A DNA stretch of 13,911 bases, taken from positions 18,090 through 32,000 of the forward strand of contig PLSV01000176.1 of NCBI GenBank assembly GCA_003165235.1, written 5' to 3'. A program made the position numbers and the translations under genes. Source of the stretch: Syntrophobacteraceae bacterium (GTDB taxonomy: Bacteria > Desulfobacterota > Syntrophobacteria > Syntrophobacterales > Syntrophobacteraceae). The notes beneath the pieces are model-generated. The model made no database searches and had not been told where the DNA came from. It worked only from the letters and a program-made list of their open reading frames with translations. Positions 7,092 to 13,693 of the stretch are shown in pieces. The first letter of the stretch is position 1. Each line of letters starts with the position of its first letter.

Positions 7092-7556
7092 ATGGAATCC
7101 CGCACCAGCAAATATTTTTTCCTATGCGCACGCCTGCTTCTCGGGGTTATTTTCATCGCTGCGAGCATCGACAAGATAGCCCATCCCGCCGAATTCGCCA
7201 AAATAGTCTCTAACTACCAAATCCTTCCCGGCCAGTTGATAAATAGTGTGGCTATTGTGCTCCCCTGGCTGGAGGCGATCCTGGGGTTATTCATCCTGTG
7301 CGGTTGGTGTTTGCCGGGCGCCGCCGTCCTCGCCAATTTGCTCCTGCTCGCCTTCCTGGGGGCGCTTTGTTCCACTGTTGCGCGTGGAATCGATATAAAC
7401 TGCGGATGCTTCAGCGTCAAAGCCGCAGCGCCGCAGCACATTGTATGGCCTCTCGCACTCGACTTCCTTTTCCTGCTTCTTGGGACCGCCGTAGCGATTC
7501 ATGTCTTTCGGGCGCGCTCAGCCGGGAATCGGACAGGGCTTAGCCCCAAAGTTTAG
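7092..7556 (+). CDS. MauE/DoxX-family integral membrane protein, 154 aa
   Basis: Four predicted TM segments. The motifs RLLLGVIFIAASIDKIAHPAEFAKIVSNYQILP and GIDINCGCF are characteristic, in my recollection, of methylamine-utilisation MauE-type members of the DoxX clan. The gap after the permease stop is 6 nt. No clear SD. Confidence 0.8.
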   Translation: MESRTSKYFFLCARLLLGVIFIAASIDKIAHPAEFAKIVSNYQILPGQLINSVAIVLPWLEAILGLFILCGWCLPGAAVLANLLLLAFLGALCSTVARGIDINCGCFSVKAAAPQHIVWPLALDFLFLLLGTAVAIHVFRARSAGNRTGLSPKV

Positions 7557-7567
7557 GCAGGGAATTT

Positions 7568-7606
7568 GGACCATAGGTCCTCGTTTGCCGTCTGAACGCT
7601 TTTTTA
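7568..7606 (+). terminator. Weak candidate intrinsic terminator after the MauE-like gene
   Basis: Two short hairpins: GGACC-ata-GGTCC (7568-7580) and CGTTT-gccgtct-GAACG (7582-7598, one G-U pair). These are followed by c + T6 (7600-7605). The stems are short, so the call is tentative. Confidence 0.3.
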
Positions 7607-7650
7607 TGACCTCCGATTCTTGAAATCCCCCATGTTGAAGACCGCGGAAA

Positions 7651-7678
7651 TTGACTGCTCCGCAATGATGCATAAATT
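7651..7678 (+). promoter_or_regulatory. Candidate sigma70-type promoter for ferritin: TTGACT-N16-TAAATT
   Basis: -35 TTGACT (7651-7656, 5/6 to consensus), 16-nt spacer, -10 TAAATT (7673-7678, 4/6). It lies about 80 nt upstream of the ferritin ATG. The predicted leader contains the hairpin CCGGA-gtatt-TCCGG. Confidence 0.4.
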
Positions 7679-7755
7679 GAGATGCCCAGGGGGAAAGCGC
7701 CGGAGTATTTCCGGATCGTCAACTTAAGGATCATGCGTAAAATCAGGAGGGAAAA

Positions 7756-8295
7756 ATGAATGAGAAAATAAGAAATGCGTTGAACGGGCAGATAAATGCG
7801 GAGCTTTATTCCTCTTACCTCTATCTTTCAATGGCTTCTTATTTCAAACGGCTGAGCTACGACGGGTTCGCCAGGTGGATGGAAGTACAGGCGCTCGAGG
7901 AGTTGACTCATGCCATGAAGTTTTTCAACTTCGTAAACGAGCGGGGCGGCAAGGTTGACCTCAAGGCGATCGAAGGTCCTCAGACCTCGTGGGATTCGCC
8001 GCTTCGCGCTTTCGAAGCGGTTTACGATCATGAAGTCAAGGTGACGGGCCTGATTTACGACCTGGTGAACATCGCAACGGAAGAAAAAGACCATGCGACA
8101 AGCAATTTCCTCCAGTGGTTCATAACGGAGCAGGTCGAGGAAGAAACCAGCGCAGACAATATTGTCCAGAAACTGAAGCTGGTTGGAAGCGAGGGTGGTG
8201 GTCTTTATATGCTGGACCAGGAACTCGCGCAAAGAGTTTTCACCCCTTTGCCGGGAACGACCATCCTGGCCGGCGCAGGCACGGGCGGGGCGTGA
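7756..8295 (+). CDS. ftn: Non-heme ferritin, 179 aa
   Basis: Ferroxidase-centre pattern [47 protein letters not shown]. Strong SD AGGAGG (7745-7750) lies 5 nt before the ATG. Convergent with lptG, leaving a 27-nt gap. Confidence 0.93.
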   Translation: MNEKIRNALNGQINAELYSSYLYLSMASYFKRLSYDGFARWMEVQALEELTHAMKFFNFVNERGGKVDLKAIEGPQTSWDSPLRAFEAVYDHEVKVTGLIYDLVNIATEEKDHATSNFLQWFITEQVEEETSADNIVQKLKLVGSEGGGLYMLDQELAQRVFTPLPGTTILAGAGTGGA

Positions 8296-8322
8296 TCCGG
8301 TCAACTTTGCGATCTGCGTTGG

Positions 8323-9399
8323 CTACGCCGACCTTCTGATCCAGAAATAACAAAACAGGGCGGCAAAAATTACGTTTCCAGCCCACACCCCCAGGAAAGG
8401 CGGCAGAGAGCCGGCGAAGGCGAGCGAGCTTCCGACGTTCGATATGGCGACGAAAGCGAAAGCTATAAAGAGCGAAATGCCGACACCGGCCGCCATTCCT
8501 TCGTGGAGCCCCTGCCTCAGAGCTATGAGGGTCCCGAGCAAAGTCAGGATAAGCGTGGCGAGAGGCGCTGCAAACCGCAAGTGCAGGTCAACCCTGTAAG
8601 GGGTCGAGCTGAATCCCTCCCCCTCTAATTTTTCCACGTAGCGGTGCAGATCTGTCCACTTGAGGAACCTCGGAACGGCTTCGCCCGCTTTGAAGTCGCC
8701 TGGTGTAACTTTCAAATCGAGCTGTTTTCGCTCGAACCACTGCTGCTCCTTATTTCCATCGCGGAAGCTTATGATGAGGCCGTCCTCCGCAAGCCACCCT
8801 GGATTGGTCCATGATACACGCTGCGCGTCTATTCTCTGGACCAGGTTGAAGCCGGGATCCAGAAAAAATATAGACGCTTTCTGCATGACATTTTTCTGCG
8901 CGTCGTAGAGCCAGATCTGGTAGATGGTATTCTGATTGCGGAACCAAATGTTTTCCGGGTTCTTCCAGGGCGCCGGCTTCCGGTGTTCCACCCTGACCGC
9001 CCAGGTTTCTTCCAATTTCTGGTTGAGGGGACGCGCAACGAATTCCGCTACACAAAAATGGAATAGGGAAAGCACGAGCGCCGCAACTGCGATCGGCGCG
9101 GTATAATAAGAGGGGTTGACGCCGGCGGTCTCCATTGCGATCAGTTCCCGGTTCCGCTTGAGCATCCCAAGTGCGATGATCGCTGAAAGCAGGGCCGCCA
9201 TTGGGATGCCCTGGGTTAAGATCATGGGAATTTTGAATAAAAAGTAGGTGTAAATCTCCCGGAACGTGAGGTGATTATCCAGCATGCGTTCCACCCGCTC
9301 GAAAAAATCGACGACCAGGTAAATCCCGGCGAAGCTGACAGCGGCCAGCACGTAGACGGGCAGAAAATGTTTCAGGACGTATCTGGGGATTATTTTCAA
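8323..9399 (-). CDS. lptG: LPS export ABC transporter permease LptG (YjgP/YjgQ family), 358 aa with a TTG start
   Basis: The family-typical N-terminus (L)KIIPRYVLKHFLPVYVLAAVSFAGIYLVVDFFE begins at a TTG (plus 'caa' 9397-9399) that overlaps the lptF TGA stop (TTGA). The track's ATG at 9510 would add 37 low-complexity Ala/Arg-rich residues and overlap lptF by 115 nt. The size then fits LptG. Confidence 0.85.
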   Translation of the reverse strand: MKIIPRYVLKHFLPVYVLAAVSFAGIYLVVDFFERVERMLDNHLTFREIYTYFLFKIPMILTQGIPMAALLSAIIALGMLKRNRELIAMETAGVNPSYYTAPIAVAALVLSLFHFCVAEFVARPLNQKLEETWAVRVEHRKPAPWKNPENIWFRNQNTIYQIWLYDAQKNVMQKASIFFLDPGFNLVQRIDAQRVSWTNPGWLAEDGLIISFRDGNKEQQWFERKQLDLKVTPGDFKAGEAVPRFLKWTDLHRYVEKLEGEGFSSTPYRVDLHLRFAAPLATLILTLLGTLIALRQGLHEGMAAGVGISLFIAFAFVAISNVGSSLAFAGSLPPFLGVWAGNVIFAALFCYFWIRRSA

Positions 9400-10586
9400 C
9401 GCGCGACTGCCCCATGTTTGCGGGCGCCGGGGCCTGCGCGCCGAAGAAGTGCAAGCGGCCGCCCGAGCAAGGCCAGGAAAAAGGGCGTCTCCCTGTGCAT
9501 CTTTGTCCACAGATAGATGACCAGGGCCAAGCTGAGCAGGTTAGGGGTCCAGACGGCAAAAAAAGGTGAAACCATGTTGCTTTCGCCGAGTGTCTTCCCG
9601 GCGGAGAGCAAAACGTAATAAGCGAGGAAAATTCCCACCCCGATCGTAATGCCCGTCATTCGGCCCCTCTGCCGGAAAAGTGAGCCAAGTGGAGGTCCAA
9701 GCAATCCTAGAAGCAGGCAGGCTGAAGGGAAAGCGATCCTCTGGTGCAGCTCAAGACTCCAGAATACTACCGTTGCTTTGTCTGCAGCGTTTTTCAGCCT
9801 ACTGTAGATCTGAGCCAGGTTCATCTCACTTCTTTTCCTGGCTGTAGTATCTACCACCCCCATGATTTCGTCCATCGAGAGAATAAAGTCGTAGTTTTTG
9901 AACGTGACGGCCTGGGCCTGTTTCAAGTCATTGGCGGCGCGGGTTATCATGCCGTTTGCAAGCTTGAAAGTGATGGCGTGGGCGTCCGACGGAATATCGA
10001 CCTGGGCGGTCTGGGCCGCTATTGTAGCCTTTTCATTCGGTTGTCTCTGATCCTGGATGAAAATTCCGTTGATCGTAAAGTCCGAGCGGTCAACAGACCT
10101 GAAAAAGAGGACCAGTTTTGGAATAGCAGTAATAAAGACGCCCTCTTCGAGCAGCGACGGGATGGAGGAGCGGCCAAGCGACCTCAGCTTCAGTTCGAAC
10201 GCATGGTTTGTCACAGGCAGGACCCAAATGGCATTTGCAAACGAGAGTGCGCATGCAATGCCAAGCACTCCGAGCACCGGCGGCAGAAAGCCGAGAAAAC
10301 CGGTTCCAGCCGCCCGGAAGGCGACCAGTTCATTATCGCTGTTCAGGCGCACGAAAGCAAGCATAACCCCCAGCAGGGCCGACATCGGGGCCGCATACAA
10401 AATGAGCCTCGGCATGGCGAAAAGGATTAATTCGACGGCGTCTTTCAAGCTGCACGAGGAGGCGAAAAGAATACGCATGAGCTGGAGAAGCTGCCCCGTG
10501 ATGAGCACGAAGACGGTGCCGGCCAGGCAGATGAGCACCGGGGGATATTGTTCGCGAAGAACATAGGCGTAGAGAGTCCTTTTCAT
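9396..10586 (-). CDS. lptF: LPS export ABC transporter permease LptF (YjgP/YjgQ family), 396 aa
   Basis: Start taken at MKRTLYAYVLREQYPPVLICLAG (plus 'cat' 10584-10586), which is the family-typical N-terminus. The track ORF extends 88 codons further upstream with non-protein-like sequence. It has multiple TM segments and is the upstream member of the lptFG pair. Confidence 0.85.
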   Translation of the reverse strand: MKRTLYAYVLREQYPPVLICLAGTVFVLITGQLLQLMRILFASSCSLKDAVELILFAMPRLILYAAPMSALLGVMLAFVRLNSDNELVAFRAAGTGFLGFLPPVLGVLGIACALSFANAIWVLPVTNHAFELKLRSLGRSSIPSLLEEGVFITAIPKLVLFFRSVDRSDFTINGIFIQDQRQPNEKATIAAQTAQVDIPSDAHAITFKLANGMITRAANDLKQAQAVTFKNYDFILSMDEIMGVVDTTARKRSEMNLAQIYSRLKNAADKATVVFWSLELHQRIAFPSACLLLGLLGPPLGSLFRQRGRMTGITIGVGIFLAYYVLLSAGKTLGESNMVSPFFAVWTPNLLSLALVIYLWTKMHRETPFFLALLGRPLALLRRAGPGARKHGAVAR

Positions 10587-10699
10587 GATGGTGTAATCTA
10601 TCCAATGAGGGTGGATAAGGTCAATTGCAAAGATGAAGCCGGGATGGAATACTTCTGCCTGCGCCTGGAGGAGGGGGGGAGATGCCAGTGAAAAAACCG

Positions 10700-10727
10700 T
10701 AAAGATTTCCCGGCGCCGAGACGATAT
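10700..10727 (+). promoter_or_regulatory. Candidate sigma28 (FliA/SigD)-type promoter upstream of fliS: TAAAGATT-N12-GACGATAT
   Basis: TAAAGATT (10700-10707) matches TAAAGTTT at 7/8. GACGATAT (10720-10727) matches GCCGATAT/GCCGATAA at 7/8 or 6/8. The TAAA to -10 spacing is 16 nt versus the canonical 15. It lies about 160 nt upstream of the fliS ATG. Confidence 0.4.
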
Positions 10728-10887
10728 TTTAGGTACATGAGCAACCCGTGGCGAGGATATGGCGAGTGAATGCCCAGTGGCGAAACTTAAATCCAATACG
10801 GGGTTATTTGAATACTCAAAATTATTCCATTCGAGGCAGGATTTCCTCAATTATTCAAAAAACCGACACTTTTCCAGGAGAGTTCAG

Positions 10888-11316
10888 ATGGTCCAAATCC
10901 AAGCTTCCAACATTTATCACCGAACAGCAATTGAAACCGCTGACCCGCTCCAACTGATCATTTTGTGCTATGACGCGGCGATTAATGACCTCACGCAAGC
11001 CAAAGAGCTTCACGAAAGGCGCGAAATGAATGAGGCCTACCGGAAAATCAGGCATGCCCAGGACATAATCACGGAACTCCTGGTGGGCCTCGACTATGAA
11101 AGGGGCGGAGATATAGCCCGGAACCTCAATCGGCTTTACAATTTCATTCTCAGGCAGTTGATCGGCATAAACAGCCGCGGGAATACCGCCATCTATACCC
11201 ATCTGGTCAGGATCCTTTCCCAACTCAGGGACAGTTGGGCAGCGCTCAAGCTGAGCCCGGCCCAGACTCCGGTTAAAACAGGCCTTCTTCCTCGAAACTG
11301 GCAGGCTTCAGCATAG
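10888..11316 (+). CDS. fliS: Flagellar export chaperone FliS, 142 aa
   Basis: Start at MVQIQASNIYHRTAIETADPLQLIILCYDAAINDL (ATG 10888, AGGAG 10876-10880, 7-nt spacing). The FliS pattern is present: Y....ETA.P.QLI..LYD.AI......A, then AQDIITELLVGLDYERGGDIARNLNRLYNFILRQL. The upstream part of track ORF 10759-11316 is ignored. Confidence 0.88.
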   Translation: MVQIQASNIYHRTAIETADPLQLIILCYDAAINDLTQAKELHERREMNEAYRKIRHAQDIITELLVGLDYERGGDIARNLNRLYNFILRQLIGINSRGNTAIYTHLVRILSQLRDSWAALKLSPAQTPVKTGLLPRNWQASA

Positions 11317-11325
11317 GATTCAGTG

Positions 11326-11685
11326 ATGGAAAGCAACGGATCGTGCTGGATGGATCAGGCTGAATCCATTCTGGACCAACTCCTGAAATTTACCGCGCAG
11401 CTTGCAGAATTCGAAAAGGATCCGCAGGTGGACGCTAAGGCGCTTTCTGACGCATGCGTCAGGCGCCTCGATGACCTAAAGCGACTTATGCCGCAGAAAC
11501 TGAAAAACTCGCCGGTGGCCCGAAACGAAGTGCTTGAAAAAATGCGGGACCTTTATACCCGAACTCAAGTTTGCCTTGAGATCCTGGAAAGGAAAAACAA
11601 CCGGGTGGCGGCCAGGCTCCAGAGTCTGTCCAGAACCAGCCAGGCCATCAACGCCTACACCAGCCCGCAGGGCCGCAACCGGTGA
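11326..11685 (+). CDS. Hypothetical helical protein, FliT-like (putative flagellar chaperone), 119 aa
   Basis: It lies 9 nt downstream of fliS (ATG 11326; an in-frame GTG at 11323 is an alternative start). The predicted helical, charged sequence has a C-terminal ...RLQSLSRTSQAINAYTS. This resembles the enteric FliT tail (...QKSLNNAYGRLS) as I remember it. The position after fliS fits the fliS-fliT order. The family call is not verified. Confidence 0.45.
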   Translation: MESNGSCWMDQAESILDQLLKFTAQLAEFEKDPQVDAKALSDACVRRLDDLKRLMPQKLKNSPVARNEVLEKMRDLYTRTQVCLEILERKNNRVAARLQSLSRTSQAINAYTSPQGRNR

Positions 11686-11723
11686 ACAGGCAAAAGAGGT
11701 TATTCACCGATTGACCCATGTTT

Positions 11724-12860
11724 CTAGCGGTTCCCCCCCCAGGTGAAAAACCTGTTTGACAGATAGTTCCAACTCGTCCCCACCCATATGCCAAGAACGC
11801 TTGCATAAAACCAGGGGACGGTTTTTTCGACCAGATACCAGCCAATCACAAGATTAAGCGCGTTTCCCACCATGCATGCCAGATTGAATTTGAAAAGTCC
11901 TTTCCACCATTGCAATCCCAGAAACCGATGTTCCTTGAAGGTCCACCGATTATTCAAGGTGTAGTTGGAAACCATTGCCGTTTCGATCGCAAAGACAAGA
12001 CAGACGGGATAACGTAAGCCCATCACGACGTAGAGCAGATAGAGGGTGAACAAATGTATCACAACGCCCGAGGCCCCAACCGCCCCATACCGGATGAACT
12101 GAAAGTTGAACCTTGAAGGAATGGCCCGTGAAATCAAAAGGTCGGCAAAATCGAAAATCACTGCGGCCGTCAGTTTACTGGTCCCATACAAGCGAGCCTT
12201 GAATTCGTAAGGCAACTCCTTGACCTTCAGGTCGGGGCGTTTGAGCAGTATATCGAACAGGATTTTGTAACCCTGTTCGAAGAGCTGTGGGGCTATTTCC
12301 TGTATAATTTTGCGGCGGATCATGAAAAAGCCGCTCATCGGGTCGGAGATATCCTGTTTCAGCAGCTTTTGAGCCATAATGGTGCCGGCCCTGCTGAGCC
12401 TGGACCTCCACGAGTCCCAGCCGGGCACCGATTTTTGGTTCATGTACCTTGAGCCTATTACGAGGTCGCAGTCGCCTACTTCGTCAAGCATGACGCCTAT
12501 GAGTGTGTGATCGTGCTGAAGGTCGGCATCGAGGACGGCGACATATTCGCCCTGGCCCAGGAGGAAACCTTCGGTTATCGCAGAACTCAACCCCTTTCTG
12601 TTGATCCGGCGGATCACCCTGATATTGCGATACCGGTGGGAAAACTCTTCTGCAACCTGCCAGGTGCCATCCTCGGAGTCGTCATCCACTATGACGATCT
12701 CGTAGTGGCGGCCCTCCATTACTTCCTGAAGCTTTCCAATGATGACGGGAAGGTTTTCTCGTTCGCTACGGGTAGGAATGATTATCGAGAGATCGAGGTC
12801 CGTTTGGCGACAGACAGGCGCCGAAGGAAAAACTGAGACGGGGTTCACAACGGATTCCAT
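11724..12860 (-). CDS. Family-2 glycosyltransferase (polyprenyl-phosphate sugar synthase-like) fused to a C-terminal GtrA-like membrane domain, 378 aa
   Basis: GT2 signature LSIIIPTRSERENLPVII...YEIVIVDDDSEDGT...AVLDADLQHD. The C-terminal four-TM block FIRYGAVGASGVVIHLFTLYLL...ETAMVSNYTLNNRWTF is typical of GtrA-family domains. GGAGG lies about 10 nt before the ATG. Confidence 0.88.
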   Translation of the reverse strand: MESVVNPVSVFPSAPVCRQTDLDLSIIIPTRSERENLPVIIGKLQEVMEGRHYEIVIVDDDSEDGTWQVAEEFSHRYRNIRVIRRINRKGLSSAITEGFLLGQGEYVAVLDADLQHDHTLIGVMLDEVGDCDLVIGSRYMNQKSVPGWDSWRSRLSRAGTIMAQKLLKQDISDPMSGFFMIRRKIIQEIAPQLFEQGYKILFDILLKRPDLKVKELPYEFKARLYGTSKLTAAVIFDFADLLISRAIPSRFNFQFIRYGAVGASGVVIHLFTLYLLYVVMGLRYPVCLVFAIETAMVSNYTLNNRWTFKEHRFLGLQWWKGLFKFNLACMVGNALNLVIGWYLVEKTVPWFYASVLGIWVGTSWNYLSNRFFTWGGNR

Positions 12861-12958
12861 GCCATAACCACCTCCAAAGGGCGATCATCTTATATGCCGG
12901 AGCATCCGTCATGTTCAAGCAAAATCCGGTATATCCTTGGACAGGTGAATTGACCTGC

Positions 12959-13225
12959 TCACCCGTTGTTCTTCAGTTTTCGATCTGACCAGCGTTTGAA
13001 AAAATTGGCCACTTTCGAGCTGGGGGGGTCCTCAACTATCCTGAGCTTTCCCCGCCCGACCATCACCTCCTGGATACAGGCTCTCAGGAAAGGACATGGG
13101 ATGCATCCGTGCTCAGGCTGCACTATCCCCTCTTCGTCAATAGGACACACCTTGTCCCCGTCGCCGAAACACTTCGGAGGATCCACAGCCCCTGGTTGGG
13201 AATAACTCGATGGTGTCTCTTTCAT
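12959..13225 (-). CDS. Small Cys-rich hypothetical protein, 88 aa (96 aa if the upstream ATG at 13249 is used)
   Basis: The sequence is MKETPSSYSQPGAVDPPKCFGDGDKVCPIDEEGIVQPEHGCIPCPFLRACIQEVMVGRGKLRIVEDPPSSKVANFFKRWSDRKLKNNG, with a C-x7-C...C-x2-C-x5-C pattern. The ATG at 13225 has a strong SD (GGAGG 13232-13236, 6-nt spacing). The alternative ATG at 13247-13249 overlaps the KH-gene stop by 1 nt (TAATG). I do not recognise the family. Confidence 0.6.
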   Translation of the reverse strand: MKETPSSYSQPGAVDPPKCFGDGDKVCPIDEEGIVQPEHGCIPCPFLRACIQEVMVGRGKLRIVEDPPSSKVANFFKRWSDRKLKNNG

Positions 13226-13248
13226 GTACGCCCTCCGGGGCGACGCCA

Positions 13249-13494
13249 TTATTCGAGAATTTCCAGCACAGCACGTTTCTTCAGTTTCGTAGCGGCCGCG
13301 TTCATGATCGTTCGCATTGCATGGGCGTTTCGGCCTTCTTTGCCGATTATCTTTCCAAGGTCATCTTTGGCCGCCCGCAATTCCAGCACGGATATCTGCT
13401 GTCCGGTAATCTCTTTAACTACAATCTGTTCGGGATGTTCCGCAAGACAACGCGCAATGTATTCAACCAGCTCTTTGATTTGAATGTCTTCCAT
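13249..13494 (-). CDS. Small KH-domain RNA-binding protein (UPF0109 / YlqC / KhpA-like), 81 aa
   Basis: Start at [81 protein letters not shown] (plus 'cat' 13492-13494, AGGAG 13504-13508, 9-nt spacing). It carries the [15 protein letters not shown] motif and the family-typical ...VLEILE end. The track ORF start at 13542 adds 16 non-conserved residues. Confidence 0.88.
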   Translation of the reverse strand: MEDIQIKELVEYIARCLAEHPEQIVVKEITGQQISVLELRAAKDDLGKIIGKEGRNAHAMRTIMNAAATKLKKRAVLEILE

Positions 13495-13664
13495 AAACGC
13501 AGGCTCCTGTGATGGCCCTCTGCCAAAAGTCCGGGAATCCAAGGGATTCCTGTAGAATGAATCCGTCCACCAGTCAGGCGGAAAATACGGTGGAATAGCG
13601 GGGGATTAATCGCGGGAGCAAGAAGAACAGAACCTGACAGCTAACAATTGCTCAAGTAATTGTA

Positions 13665-13693
13665 AAACTATGAAAAATCGATTATCGTGTCAA
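13665..13693 (-). promoter_or_regulatory. Candidate sigma70-type promoter for the KH / Cys-rich / glycosyltransferase genes: TTGACA-N17-TAGTTT
   Basis: On the minus strand there is a perfect -35 TTGACA (13693-13688), a 17-nt spacer, and TAGTTT (13670-13665; T1, A2 and T6 conserved). It sits in the most AT-rich stretch of the window. This implies a leader of about 160 nt containing the hairpin GGAATCC-aag-GGATTCC (13533-13549). Confidence 0.35.

Noticed and set aside
7661-7679. Possible Fur box overlapping the ferritin promoter (cgcAATGATgcataaattg).
   Set aside because: Only about 8/19 matches to GATAATGATAATCATTATC. Beyond the AATGAT hexamer there is no second half-site.
8242-8292. The Gly/Ala-rich C-terminal tail of ferritin ([18 protein letters not shown]), considered as an encapsulin cargo-loading peptide.
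   Set aside because: Similarity to known targeting peptides (LxVGSL / SLGIGSL type) is weak, and there is no encapsulin shell gene in the window. It is probably just a disordered tail.
10673-13028. Homopolymeric G/C tracts as possible phase-variation switches: G7 at 10673-10679 (intergenic), C8 at 11733-11740 (last five codons of the glycosyltransferase) and G7 at 13022-13028 (Cys-rich ORF).
   Set aside because: About three runs of 7 nt or longer are expected by chance in 13.9 kb at this GC content. The C8 tract affects only the extreme C-terminus, and tracts this short are rarely phase-variable. Population read data could test for length heterogeneity.
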